Shown: in pieces, positions 30,040 through 39,751 of the stretch | Position numbering within the stretch: the first letter of the stretch is position 1 | Layout of the letters: the number at the start of each line of letters is the position of its first letter | NCBI GenBank assembly: GCA_024278335.1 | Contig: JAJRTJ010000003.1 | Location: 11,586 to 75,585, forward strand | Reading direction: 5' to 3' | Length of the DNA stretch: 64,000 nt | From: an archaeon | GTDB taxonomy: Archaea > Nanobdellota > Nanobdellia > Pacearchaeales > GW2011-AR1 | Translations under genes and position numbers: made by a program | The notes under the pieces: generated by a model | Databases searched by the model: none | Told to the model about the DNA's origin: nothing | The model's input: only the letters and a program-made list of their open reading frames with translations

Positions 30040-30450
30040 ATGAAAGTTCGTAAAGCTTCTCATTGTTCTTATGGAACAAGGTATCATTTAGTTTTTGTAG
30101 TTAAGTATAGAAAAAATTTGATCAATGACGAAATGTTTGGTTAGATGAAAAATGTTTGTAAGGGAATTTAGGAGAGATATTTTATTTAGTTTGAAGCCAT
30201 TGGCCACGAAAATAATCATTTTCATTTAATTATTGAAGTCGCTCCAAGACATTCTCCTTTTAGAATTATTCAAATTTGTAAAAGTATTTTAGCAAAATAA
30301 ATATTCAAACGTTTCCCAAAGGTTAAAGATGAACTTTGGGGAGGAGAATTTTGGACTGGTGGAGGTTACGTTGATACTGTTGGTGATAGAAGAGCGTTGA
30401 CTGCCGTAAAGAATTATGTGTTAAGCCAAGGAGAGACGATAAGAAACTAA
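30040..30450 (+). pseudogene. tnpA: IS200/IS605 TnpA (Y1 HUH transposase) pseudogene
   Basis: YHLVFVVKYRK, HFH, LWGGEFW and KNYVLSQ, with in-frame stops at 30142, 30169, 30187 and 30298. Degenerate end sequences near 29988 and 30474. Confidence 0.92.
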
Positions 30451-30593
30451 ACTAGTTATGAATTTTAGTTTATATCCCCCAAGTTCTGTTGCGATTGGGT
30501 TGTTGATTAATGAGACATTTCTCCCAAAATATTTTAAAAACTCTTGCTTCTTATTGATTTTATGAAAAAGGTTTTAGTGATTTTTATTTCTTA

Positions 30594-30628
30594 GAAACAT
30601 TTATAAACTATTGTTATTAATATAACAA
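30594..30628 (+). promoter_or_regulatory. BRE/TATA plus palindromic operator of MNT-HEPN pair 3
   Basis: GAAACATTTATAAA followed by TTGTTAT-TAAT-ATAACAA (30611-30628) just before the ATG. Confidence 0.7.
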
Positions 30629-30629
30629 C

Positions 30630-31181
30630 ATGGTTGAAAAAATAACAAAATGGTCGTATTTGGAACCTTTACTTTTTAAAAGGGATTTTATTCATTTGGC
30701 AGAGATTTCTAAGAAAATTGGAAAAAACCATAGTGTTGTAAGGAAGTATTTGAATTATTTTGAAGAACAAGGAATTATTAAAAAGAAAAAACTTGGGAGA
30801 ATGAGTTTATATAAATTTAATTTAGAAAATTTTTTAATTATTGAGGTTATTTCTTTAGTGGAAAAAGAGAGAGTGGTCTTTTCAGCAGAAGATTTGATTT
30901 TAAGGGAGCTTATTGGTGCTTTACAGGCGTTTATAAACTTAAAAATTGTTCTTTTTGGCTCTTTTGTTGAAAATCCAAGAAAAGCAAAAGATATAGATTT
31001 GCTGGTCGTGGGGAAATGTGATGAAGAAAGTATTAAAAATATTGGGAAAAAAATAGGCAAGAAGATTCATTTAATTGCTGTTAAAAATTTAGGGGAGGTT
31101 AGCGATTCATTAAAAGAGGAGATAAAGGGAAAACATTTAATATTAAATGGTGTGGAAGAGATTATAAAATGGTTAATTTAG
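30630..31181 (+). CDS. wHTH + MNT antitoxin (pair 3)
   Basis: HLAEISKKIGKNHSVVRKYL HTH; LFGSF…DIDL. Confidence 0.88.
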   Translation: MVEKITKWSYLEPLLFKRDFIHLAEISKKIGKNHSVVRKYLNYFEEQGIIKKKKLGRMSLYKFNLENFLIIEVISLVEKERVVFSAEDLILRELIGALQAFINLKIVLFGSFVENPRKAKDIDLLVVGKCDEESIKNIGKKIGKKIHLIAVKNLGEVSDSLKEEIKGKHLILNGVEEIIKWLI

Positions 31182-31636
31182 ATTGGTGTAAAAAACAAGA
31201 AAAGGGAATTAAATTAATTGAGCCAAATGATAACCTTTCTAAAGAGTATTTAAGTAATGCAGAAGAGACCTTGGATGTTTTAAAAAGATTGAAAGGAAAA
31301 TCAAACATGTGGCTGGCAACGTCTAAATATTATTTTGAATACTTCTGCGTTTATTCTATTTTTATGAAATTAGGAATTAAGTGTGAAATTCATGACTGCA
31401 CAATAGAACTTTGCAGGCTTTTGTCTTCTTTGGAGATTATTCCAGTTGATTTTTATAAATTGTTGAAAAAGGACAAAGAATTAAGAATTGATAATCAATA
31501 TTATCTTAAGAATAAAAAAGTTGAAATTGACTTTGAAGAATTAACTACTTTTTTGTTAAAAACAAAAGATATTTTAATTAAATTAAGTTTGGATAAAATA
31601 AAAGAGGTTCGGGAAAAAATAAAAAATGAAAACTAA
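31169..31636 (+). CDS. HEPN-domain protein (pair 3)
   Basis: YL.NAEE, YY..YF, EIHDC and LRIDNQYY motifs. Confidence 0.85.
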   Translation: MVNLDWCKKQEKGIKLIEPNDNLSKEYLSNAEETLDVLKRLKGKSNMWLATSKYYFEYFCVYSIFMKLGIKCEIHDCTIELCRLLSSLEIIPVDFYKLLKKDKELRIDNQYYLKNKKVEIDFEELTTFLLKTKDILIKLSLDKIKEVREKIKNEN

Positions 31637-32339
31637 AATCTTATTGATTTTCTTATTTGGATTATTACTAATAAATTCTTTTTATTTTATTTATGCAGGA
31701 AATCCTTTAGGAGATGTTGATGATAAAATTGAAAAAATTGAAAGTGCAAAAGATAAAGTTGATGAATTAGGGCAACAAACAAGAGATGAGAGATTTTGGA
31801 ATGAAAAATGGGAATATCTTGGGAAAGAGTATCCAAAATTATTGTTGAGAAGTCCTTTTGTTAGAGCAATCAATTCTTTTTTAAGCAGGTTTTCAATGGT
31901 CTTTAGGATTTTATTTGGCATGGATTATTCTTTGTCTTTGATTTTATTTTTTGTAGTTGTTTTCTGGATTTGGACTTTGTTTACTTTGTGGGGCATTATC
32001 AAGGCAAGCGGAATTGTTGGAGAGAAATTTAATTTTATTGCAAGTTTATTAATTGTAATTGTTTTAGCTCAGCTTAAATTTTTTGAAAATTTGGTTATCT
32101 TTTTAGGGAATCTGGTTTTTGCACCTCAATATGCTTGGACGAGATTTTTAGTTTTTATAATGGTGTGTTTGGGATTTATTTTCTTAAATATTGGCGATAA
32201 GAGATTAATGAAATTTCTTGAAGAGAGGAAAGAAAAAAAGCAGAGAAGGACTTCAGCATTTTTGAGATTAATTAATTATCGGAGGGAAAAGGCAATTGAG
32301 GAGTCTTCTCGGGCAGGAGACAGACTTAGTCTTTTTTAA
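31626..32339 (+). CDS. Membrane protein with signal peptide (family A-related)
   Basis: Signal peptide plus at least 3 TM segments; overlaps the HEPN stop. Confidence 0.7.
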   Translation: MKTKILLIFLFGLLLINSFYFIYAGNPLGDVDDKIEKIESAKDKVDELGQQTRDERFWNEKWEYLGKEYPKLLLRSPFVRAINSFLSRFSMVFRILFGMDYSLSLILFFVVVFWIWTLFTLWGIIKASGIVGEKFNFIASLLIVIVLAQLKFFENLVIFLGNLVFAPQYAWTRFLVFIMVCLGFIFLNIGDKRLMKFLEERKEKKQRRTSAFLRLINYRREKAIEESSRAGDRLSLF

Positions 32340-33000
32340 TTTGTTTGGAGAAAATTTTTGCAAGAGCATAACCGGTTCCGATTCTTATTCCTTCATAATG
32401 TGCTTTGGCGAGTTTTCCCGATTCCTTAAGGGATTCTTTAAAATAGTTTAGGATAAAAAGCATAATTATCCCCAAAACAATCCCAAATCCTGTCCAAAAT
32501 ACTCCAATTTTTTCTGGTATTTTAAAAACATCTGCGAGTGCCTGCCATGAAATAAGTCCTTTTTCAATTCCTCCCGCCATACTAATCAAGAGAGTGATTA
32601 TTACTGTCCCTGCCCATTTCCTAAGAGGGGTTTCAAAAAATGGAATAATTGAAAGAATGTTTTCTAAAATTAAAATCATTAAAATAAATAAGGCAATTAA
32701 AACAATGAATCTGGAAAAGCTTAATGTTTCTTCTGGATTTAATCCAAGTAATTTTTTAATTGGTTTTTGTATATTTTCTGGAAGAGGTATTTCTTCTGTA
32801 AATGGATTTTTGGTCTTTTTTATATTTTCTAAATCTTCTTTTAGGTTTGCGGGTTTTGAATTTTCTTCTGGATTTGCTGTATCTGGAATTTCATTTAAAT
32901 CCTTGGCAGTAGAAGAGTATTCTTCTTGAGCTAAAGCGAAAAACGAATTTCCTAAAATTAGTAGGAGGATTATTGTAAGGGTCGCCACTCTTTTTTTCAT
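32326..33000 (-). CDS. Membrane protein with signal peptide (family A-related)
   Basis: ALA/Q signal cleavage site and 3 TM segments. Confidence 0.7.
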   Translation of the reverse strand: MKKRVATLTIILLLILGNSFFALAQEEYSSTAKDLNEIPDTANPEENSKPANLKEDLENIKKTKNPFTEEIPLPENIQKPIKKLLGLNPEETLSFSRFIVLIALFILMILILENILSIIPFFETPLRKWAGTVIITLLISMAGGIEKGLISWQALADVFKIPEKIGVFWTGFGIVLGIIMLFILNYFKESLKESGKLAKAHYEGIRIGTGYALAKIFSKQIKKD

Positions 33001-33036
33001 AATTATTAAAAGAGAGGTTTTCTTTTAAATGTTATC

Positions 33037-33309
33037 TTAACCAAAAGCCCTACGCATATCTGCGATTTCTACAGAAGAAATGTTTTCAAGTTTTTCAATT
33101 TCCTGTTGGATTGGGTCAAGCTCTTTACTTTCATCTAAATCAAAACCTGCTTTAATTGCCTTTAATCCAAATGCAATTGGCTCTTCTTCAAATCTAATTT
33201 CTTCAGCTTCTACTTTTTCAAGAATCTCTTTAATTTTTTCTTTTAGTTCTTCTAGATTTGTATCTGGAGAATCTGGCATTATTTTATAGGTTATTAACAT
33301 AGTCCCCAT
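33037..33309 (-). CDS. ef1b: Elongation factor 1-beta
   Basis: KIMPDSP and EEEPIAFGLKA motifs. Confidence 0.95.
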   Translation of the reverse strand: MGTMLITYKIMPDSPDTNLEELKEKIKEILEKVEAEEIRFEEEPIAFGLKAIKAGFDLDESKELDPIQQEIEKLENISSVEIADMRRAFG

Positions 33310-33423
33310 TGCAATTAAAGTAAAAATTGCTTTTTAAAGTTTCTTGTGAAAATTTTTAATAATCTAAAAGTTATGGCAGTTCAATAGCACAATTCTTAAA
33401 AACACTTGAATTTTTGTTTGTGC

Positions 33424-34377
33424 ATGACAGGTGATAATTATACTAAGATTCTTGAGAGAATTGCCAAAGCAGCTAATCTTGAAGTTGAGGAAATTGAGCG
33501 AAGGGTTGAGGCAAAAAGGGCAAAACTTTCTGGCTTGATTTCTCGTGAAGGTGCGGCGCAAGTTATTGCTGCAGAGTTGGGGATTAATTTTGATAATGAA
33601 AAATTAAAATTAGATGAACTGCTTCCAGGAATGAGAAAAGTAAATGTTTCTGGAAAGATAATCACTCTTTTTCCTGTCAGAGAGTTTACAACTAAAAAAG
33701 GAGACCAAGGAAAAGTCTGCAATTTTATTCTTGCAGACGATACTTCAAATGTAAAAGTTGTGCTGTGGGATACAAACCATATTGCTTTAATTGAAAAAGG
33801 AGAGGTGAAAGAGGGTTCTGTTGTTGATATTGAAAATGCAAGTGTAAGGGACAATGAAATTCATTTAGGAAGTTTTTCTGAATTCAAGCTTTCTTCAGAG
33901 AGTTTTGATAATGTTGTAACTGAGAGGGTTGTTAAGGAAAAAACTCTTGCAGAAGCAGGAGCAAATGAGATGATTAAAACAAGGTCTTTTATTGTCCAGT
34001 CTTTTGAGCCGAGATTTTTTAATGTTTGTCCGCAATGTAAAAAAAAGGTTTTGGCTTCTGAAGACGGGGCTACTTTTAATTGTGCAGAGCATGGGCAGGT
34101 TCCTCCTGAAAAAAGAGCTTTAGTTAATATTGTGCTTGATGATGGAACAGAGACAATACGGGCAGTTGTTTTTCATGACAATCTTCAGACATTAGGCTTA
34201 ACAGATTTTGAAAATCAAGAACTTCTTGCCCAACAAAGAGAAAATCTCTTGGGAAAAGAAATGGTTTTTTCTGGAAATGTTAGAATGAATCGGTTTTTTA
34301 ATAATCCAGAATTAATTATTGATACAATTCAGGAAGTTGATTTAGACAGTCTTGTTAATGAACTTGAGAAGAATTAA
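33424..34377 (+). CDS. rpa: Replication protein A (OB folds + Zn ribbon); probable start 33424
   Basis: GLISREGAA N-terminal domain, DDTS…VVLWD, CPQC…CAEHG and DDGT. Confidence 0.9.
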   Translation: MTGDNYTKILERIAKAANLEVEEIERRVEAKRAKLSGLISREGAAQVIAAELGINFDNEKLKLDELLPGMRKVNVSGKIITLFPVREFTTKKGDQGKVCNFILADDTSNVKVVLWDTNHIALIEKGEVKEGSVVDIENASVRDNEIHLGSFSEFKLSSESFDNVVTERVVKEKTLAEAGANEMIKTRSFIVQSFEPRFFNVCPQCKKKVLASEDGATFNCAEHGQVPPEKRALVNIVLDDGTETIRAVVFHDNLQTLGLTDFENQELLAQQRENLLGKEMVFSGNVRMNRFFNNPELIIDTIQEVDLDSLVNELEKN

Positions 34378-34389
34378 TAAAAAGTTAAA

Positions 34390-34848
34390 ATGCTGAATAA
34401 AACACACCTTGTAATCACAATTTTTTTTATTCTGGTTTTTTTGCCATTGGTGACTTACAAAACTTCTTTTGTAATTGTTGCCTTAATTGCAACTTTAATT
34501 CCAGATTTTGACAGCAAATTTTCTTCTACTGGCAAACATTTTTTATTAAGGCCTTTTCAATTTTTTCTTAAGCACAGGGATATTTTGCACAGCTTTAGTT
34601 TTGCAATTCTTTTAACCTTGTTTTTTGTTTTATTTTTTCCAATTTTTTCTTTTGGATTTTTTGTGGGATATGTTTCTCATCTTATAGCAGATAGTTTTAC
34701 TATTTGGGGAATTAAGCCGTTTTATCCTTCTAAGAAAATTGTTTCAGGCAAGATTCAAACTGGAGGAAAATTAGAATCAGTTCTTTTTGGAACTTTTGTT
34801 ATTGTTGATTTATCCCTTCTTGTGGCGTATTTGATGAAAATGTTTTGA
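34390..34848 (+). CDS. YdjM-family membrane metal-dependent hydrolase
   Basis: TH, PDFD, HRDILHS and SHLIAD motifs. Confidence 0.88.
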   Translation: MLNKTHLVITIFFILVFLPLVTYKTSFVIVALIATLIPDFDSKFSSTGKHFLLRPFQFFLKHRDILHSFSFAILLTLFFVLFFPIFSFGFFVGYVSHLIADSFTIWGIKPFYPSKKIVSGKIQTGGKLESVLFGTFVIVDLSLLVAYLMKMF

Positions 34849-34901
34849 AATATGTTTTTTAGAAGTATAATCTTTATAAAAGAAGAGATTTTGGATATTA
34901 T

Positions 34902-35927
34902 ATGGTTGATAAATCTGATGCTGAAAAAGTTAAAAAAGCTGTCTCTGGGCAAAAAGAGGTGGGAGAAAAAGAAAGTAAAAAAGAGCCGGAGTTAACTGAT
35001 TTGCCGGGAATTGGGCCTGCTGTTGCTGCTAAGCTTGAAGCAGGAGGGATTTTTGATTTAATGAGTCTTGCTGTTACAAGTCCGGCTACTTTGTCAGATG
35101 TTGCAGGTATTGGTGCAGCTGTTGCAAGAAAAGCAATTCAAGCTGCAAGAGACTTGCTTGAATTAGGATTTCAAGACGGCACAGAGTATGCTAAAAAAAG
35201 AGCAGATGTTGCCAACATTACTACTGGGAGCAAGGCTTTTGATGATTTGCTTGGTGGAAAAGGAATTGAAACAAGAGCAATTACTGAAGCTTTTGGAGCT
35301 TATGGTTCTGGAAAGACCCAGCTTGGATTGACTCTTGCTGTAAATGCTCAGCTTCCTGTTGAAAAAGGGGGAGCTTTTGGAAAAACTGTTTTTATTGATA
35401 CTGAAGGAACTTTTAGACCTCAAAGAATTAAACAAATTTCAGAAGGAATGGGAGCAAATCCTGAGAAAGTCTTAAAAAACATTCTTGTTGCAAGGGCTTT
35501 TAATTCAGACCACCAGATGCTTTTGCTGGAAAAAGTTGGAGAGATGATTAAATCTGGAGAGCCAATTAAGCTTTTGATTATTGATTCTTTAACTGCACAT
35601 TTTAGGGCAGAATTTTCTGGCAGAGGTCAGCTTGCAGATAGGCAACAGAAATTAAACAGATATATGCATGATTTAATGAAGCTTGCAGAATCAAATAATC
35701 TTGCAGTTTATGTAACTAATCAGGTAATGGCAAATCCTGCTCAATTGTTTGGAGATCCAACAACTGCTATTGGAGGAAATATTGTGGGGCATGCTTCTAC
35801 TTATAGAATTTATTTAAGAAGAGGAAAGCAAGGTTCAAGAGTTGCAAAATTAGTTGACAGCCCAAATCTTCCAGATAATGAAACTGTTTTTTGGGTTACA
35901 GAAAAAGGAGTTTGTGATGAAAAATAA
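34902..35927 (+). CDS. radA: DNA repair recombinase RadA
   Basis: N-terminal HhH, GAYGSGKTQ, IDTEGTFRP and GRGQLADRQQKL. Confidence 0.97.
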   Translation: MVDKSDAEKVKKAVSGQKEVGEKESKKEPELTDLPGIGPAVAAKLEAGGIFDLMSLAVTSPATLSDVAGIGAAVARKAIQAARDLLELGFQDGTEYAKKRADVANITTGSKAFDDLLGGKGIETRAITEAFGAYGSGKTQLGLTLAVNAQLPVEKGGAFGKTVFIDTEGTFRPQRIKQISEGMGANPEKVLKNILVARAFNSDHQMLLLEKVGEMIKSGEPIKLLIIDSLTAHFRAEFSGRGQLADRQQKLNRYMHDLMKLAESNNLAVYVTNQVMANPAQLFGDPTTAIGGNIVGHASTYRIYLRRGKQGSRVAKLVDSPNLPDNETVFWVTEKGVCDEK

Positions 35928-35929
35928 AA

Positions 35930-36463
35930 ATGGGAGGAAGGGAAGTAGATTATTGGTTGGGTTTTTGTGCAAGGGAGAAAGAAAAAAAAGAGAAAAAAAT
36001 AGTGAATTGGGGAGAGGAGCATGGTGCAGGGATTGAAGAAACTGCTCAAAGAGTAGAAAGAAAAGATTGGTGTGGGGGAACAGAAGTTGAAGGATATATC
36101 TTGGATAAAGAAATAATTAAAGATAAAAGGGAGGGTTTATCGGGAATTTTTGATAAAATTGGCGATTATTTTGTTGCCGGAGCTTTTAGAGTTTTTGTTT
36201 TGCCTATTGCTATTGCAGGCGGATTAATAGAAAAATCTGAAAGGGTAATGAACGGGTTCTTTGGCTACACCTCTCCTCACAGGCACATTAGCATAAGACA
36301 GGCTAAGAAATATTTGAGAGAGGAATATAATTTTTATCTTGATAAAGAAACGGGGGCGGGTTTTTTTGCTGACCCCTCTCAAACAAAAGTTGGAAGAAAA
36401 ATTTCTTCTTGTTCTGGTTGTGCAGAAGTTTATGATAATGTAAAAAAAGAAAGGGCAAACTAG
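35930..36463 (+). CDS. Hypothetical protein
   Basis: 177-aa ORF directly after radA, with no recognised motif. Confidence 0.55.
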   Translation: MGGREVDYWLGFCAREKEKKEKKIVNWGEEHGAGIEETAQRVERKDWCGGTEVEGYILDKEIIKDKREGLSGIFDKIGDYFVAGAFRVFVLPIAIAGGLIEKSERVMNGFFGYTSPHRHISIRQAKKYLREEYNFYLDKETGAGFFADPSQTKVGRKISSCSGCAEVYDNVKKERAN

Positions 36464-36469
36464 CAGGTT

Positions 36470-36988
36470 TTATTTTTTATTTATTTCTTCAATAATGTCT
36501 TCAGAGCCCTCATTAACTTGTTCAAATTCTTTTAATGCAAGTTCTTCTGGTTTAAACCAAAGGGCGATTTCTTTTTCAGCATTTTCTGGAGAATCAGAGC
36601 AGTGCATGACGTTTTCCATTACATTTGTTTTGCTGTTTATTCTTCCATATTTTCCTCTTATTGATGTTGGGTCTGCTTTTTCAGGATTTGTCTCTCCTGC
36701 AAGTTTTCTTACCTTTTGAATTGCATTTTCTCCTGCATAAACAAGAGCCAAAACCCTTGGAGTATTGTGGTGCTTGCCAGTTATATAATCCATTACTGCT
36801 TTAAAAATCTCTGGCTTTTTCTTTTTTAATTCTGCATAGTGTTTTTCTGCAAGGGTTTTTTCTACATTAACAACTTTTGCTGCGACAATTTTAAGCTCTG
36901 TTTCAGAAAGTTTAGTAATTATGTTTCCTGTTAAGCTTTTAACTAATCCGTCTGGCTTAATTAATACAAGTGTTTTTTCGCATTTCAT
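36470..36988 (-). CDS. ndk: Nucleoside diphosphate kinase
   Basis: TLVLIKPDG, GETNP…SIRG and NVMHCSDS. Confidence 0.95.
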   Translation of the reverse strand: MKCEKTLVLIKPDGLVKSLTGNIITKLSETELKIVAAKVVNVEKTLAEKHYAELKKKKPEIFKAVMDYITGKHHNTPRVLALVYAGENAIQKVRKLAGETNPEKADPTSIRGKYGRINSKTNVMENVMHCSDSPENAEKEIALWFKPEELALKEFEQVNEGSEDIIEEINKK

Positions 36989-37072
36989 ATTTTTGCAAAT
37001 TTTTAAGGGTTTAAAAGATTATTGTTTCTTGCTTTACTAAAGGTTTTTAATTTATCCTTTTCTTTTGTTTTT

Positions 37073-38335
37073 ATGGTCAATAGGGATTGGATGATTGCAG
37101 ATTTACATATTCACTCAAGGTTTTCAAGGGCTTGCAGTAAAGAATTAAATATACCTAATTTAGTAAAATGGGCGAGAATAAAGGGACTTGGGATTTTGGG
37201 AACGGGAGATTTTACTCATCCTGTTTGGATAGAGGAGCTAAAGGAGAATTTAAAGAATAATGAAAAAGGAATTTATTTTTATGAAGATGCAAAAGGAAGG
37301 TTTCCATTCATTCTTTCTGGAGAGATTTCTTTAATTTATACTGAAAAAGAGAAAGGAAGAAGGGTGCATCTTGTTTTGCTTGTTCCAAGTATTGAAACAG
37401 CAGAAAAAATTAATTCTTATCTGGATGCTAAGGGAAGAAGAGATTATGATGGAAGGCCTATTTTTAAAATTTCTTTAGAAGATTTTACTCAAGACATGAT
37501 GCAGATTTCAAGAGCAATTGAAATAATTCCTGCACACATTTGGACTCCTTGGTTTGGGGTGCTTGGAAGCAAGGGAGGATATGATTCTCTGACAGAAGCG
37601 TTTGGAAAGCAAGTTGAAAACATTCATGCAATTGAAACAGGAATTTCAAGTAATCCTGAAATGAACTGGAGAATTAGGGATTTGGATAATAAAGCGATTG
37701 TTAGTTTTTCAGATTCTCATAGTTTTTGGCCTTGGAGGCTTGGCAGAGAAGCAACTATTTTTAAAAAAACAGATTCTTATTTTGAAATTATTGAGCAGAT
37801 TAGAAAAAAGAGTTTTATTGGAACTATTGAAACAGACCCTGCTTATGGGAAATATCATTGGGATGGCCACCGGCTTTGCAGTTTTTCATGTAGTCCAGAA
37901 AAAACAAAAGAATTAAACAATATTTGTCCAAAATGCAAGAATCCTTTGACTATTGGGGTGGAGGCAAGGGTTGTGGAACTTGCAGAAAAAACAAGACCAG
38001 AAGGATTTTATCCTGAACAAGCGAAAAAATTTTATTCTTTGCTTCCTTTGCATGAATTAATCTCTTTTTGGAAAAAAAGCGGAGTAAACAGCAAAGGAGT
38101 CTGGGATGTTTTTAATCTTTTAATTAAAAATTTTGAAAATGAATTTAATGTTTTATTAGATGTTCCAGAACAAGAACTCGCAAAAATTCTTGAAGCAAGT
38201 TTGGCTGATTTGATTGTTAAAAATCGCGAAGGAAAAATAAAAATCAAACCCGGCTATGACGGAGTTTATGGCGAGGTTGAGTTGGAAGATATTGAAGAAA
38301 AAAATGACAAGTCTGGGCAAATGACTTTAATTTGA
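37073..38335 (+). CDS. Endonuclease Q family PHP-domain protein; probable start 37073
   Basis: DLHIHSRFSRA, GTGDFTHP, PAHIWTPW, SDSHS, GKYHWDGHRLC and CPKC. Confidence 0.9.
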   Translation: MVNRDWMIADLHIHSRFSRACSKELNIPNLVKWARIKGLGILGTGDFTHPVWIEELKENLKNNEKGIYFYEDAKGRFPFILSGEISLIYTEKEKGRRVHLVLLVPSIETAEKINSYLDAKGRRDYDGRPIFKISLEDFTQDMMQISRAIEIIPAHIWTPWFGVLGSKGGYDSLTEAFGKQVENIHAIETGISSNPEMNWRIRDLDNKAIVSFSDSHSFWPWRLGREATIFKKTDSYFEIIEQIRKKSFIGTIETDPAYGKYHWDGHRLCSFSCSPEKTKELNNICPKCKNPLTIGVEARVVELAEKTRPEGFYPEQAKKFYSLLPLHELISFWKKSGVNSKGVWDVFNLLIKNFENEFNVLLDVPEQELAKILEASLADLIVKNREGKIKIKPGYDGVYGEVELEDIEEKNDKSGQMTLI

Positions 38336-38458
38336 TTTTGGAGCATCCCTGATTTTTATGAATTTGTAATGTGCGTCTTTTAGTTTTTTATTGGGTTGTT
38401 TTTTTATTGTGTAAACTTTTTCTCCTTTAGAATTGATGAAGTATTTTAGTTTAGTCAT
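38327..38458 (-). CDS. nop10: Nop10-like protein, 43 aa, Cys-free (not in the ORF track)
   Basis: MTKLKYFINSKGEKVYTIKK…AHYKF; located downstream of aIF2-alpha, the usual nop10 position. Confidence 0.7.
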   Translation of the reverse strand: MTKLKYFINSKGEKVYTIKKQPNKKLKDAHYKFIKIRDAPKSN

Positions 38459-38492
38459 TTTTATATTAATTAAAATTCTTGGATATTGAAGA

Positions 38493-38921
38493 TTATTTTA
38501 AATTCATTATATATTCTTTTAATTGCGGATGAAAAGAGGTTGTGAAATGTTTTTCAAGCTCTTCTGGAGAAACCCATTTTATTTCTTTAAAATCATATCC
38601 TGCTTTTTCTTTCCCCCCTGTTTTTTCACAAAGATAATAAATTAAAAGAAGCTCGTCTTTTTCATTAGGGATTCTTGCAAAAATTGTTCCAAGATTTGCA
38701 ATTTCCAGTCCTGTTTCTTCTTTTATTTCCCTTTCCAAGGCCTTTTCTAATGGCTCTCCATATTCTGGTTTTCCTCCAGGAAAAGCCCAAGTCAATTCTT
38801 TTATGTGCGGGTCATTTTCTCTTCTTCCAATTAGAATTTTTCTTTTTTCTGGGTCAAAAATAACTCCCAATAAAACAACTGTAAAAACTCCTTTTTTATA
38901 ATTTTTTTTAATTGTTTCCAT
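38493..38921 (-). CDS. NUDIX hydrolase
   Basis: PGGKPEYGEPLEKALEREIKEETGL Nudix box. Confidence 0.95.
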   Translation of the reverse strand: METIKKNYKKGVFTVVLLGVIFDPEKRKILIGRRENDPHIKELTWAFPGGKPEYGEPLEKALEREIKEETGLEIANLGTIFARIPNEKDELLLIYYLCEKTGGKEKAGYDFKEIKWVSPEELEKHFTTSFHPQLKEYIMNLK

Positions 38922-38999
38922 ATAATAATGTTTTTGGCAGGTTTTTTAAGCTTTTGGGAATTTTATTTGTATGTAAAAGAACAATTATTTGGCGATGCC

Positions 39000-39707
39000 T
39001 TATTCTTGTTTAAGGGAAATTTCAATATTTTTGCCTTTTGATTGTTTTTTTAATTTTTCTACAATATTTTGGATTTTATTATCTGCTTGTTTTAAATTAT
39101 CTCCTGCAACCTTTATTGAATATTTTCCTGCACTAAGGTATTTGATTTCTGCTTCTTTTATTGAAGACAAGAGGTCTTTTATTATTTCTATTCCATTTGG
39201 TTCAAGAGAACTTATTCTTAATTCTTTTTTTATTTCTGCTTTTTTTGTTTTTTGAGAGTTAAGTATGTTTAAGATTTTTTCAGCATCAGATTTATCAACA
39301 ATTTTTTTCAGATTTTCTGGATTTTTCTTTGTTTCTTCAAGAAATTCATATAAAGGCATTTCTTCTTCTACTTTTTGTATAGCTTGTTTTGCTTTCTCTT
39401 CTCCTAAAATTGTTTTGAGAATGCTTGTGTAGCTTTTTTCCTGTTTTGCCTGCTCTAATCTTTCTTTTTTTTCTTTAAGAGTGACTCTTCTTAAAGAAAG
39501 TTCTATGTTTTTTCCATAAATTCTCAAAACTTTGCAGACAATTTTCTTTTTTGGAACTACATATTCTCGTAAATTCCTGATTCTTCCTGGAGCAATTTCA
39601 CTTACAACAATACTTCCTTCTCCATTTCCTTCAATTGTTACAAAAACTGTTGTTCCAACTATTTTTTCAACAGTGCAAAGAACAATGTCTCCTTCTTGCA
39701 ATTCCAT
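39000..39707 (-). CDS. eif2a: Translation initiation factor 2 subunit alpha
   Basis: S1 domain with SEIAPGRIRNLR and ELSLRRV. Confidence 0.92.
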   Translation of the reverse strand: MELQEGDIVLCTVEKIVGTTVFVTIEGNGEGSIVVSEIAPGRIRNLREYVVPKKKIVCKVLRIYGKNIELSLRRVTLKEKKERLEQAKQEKSYTSILKTILGEEKAKQAIQKVEEEMPLYEFLEETKKNPENLKKIVDKSDAEKILNILNSQKTKKAEIKKELRISSLEPNGIEIIKDLLSSIKEAEIKYLSAGKYSIKVAGDNLKQADNKIQNIVEKLKKQSKGKNIEISLKQE

Positions 39708-39751
39708 AAAATAGCAAGAAAAAGTTTACTTAAAAAGGTTTTGAGGCTTGA

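Noticed and set aside
30040-30450. Three in-frame TAG codons in tnpA, suggesting amber recoding
   Set aside because: An in-frame TAA is also present, the element ends are degenerate, and TAG terminates normal genes in the window. Simple pseudogenisation explains it. No tnpB is adjacent.
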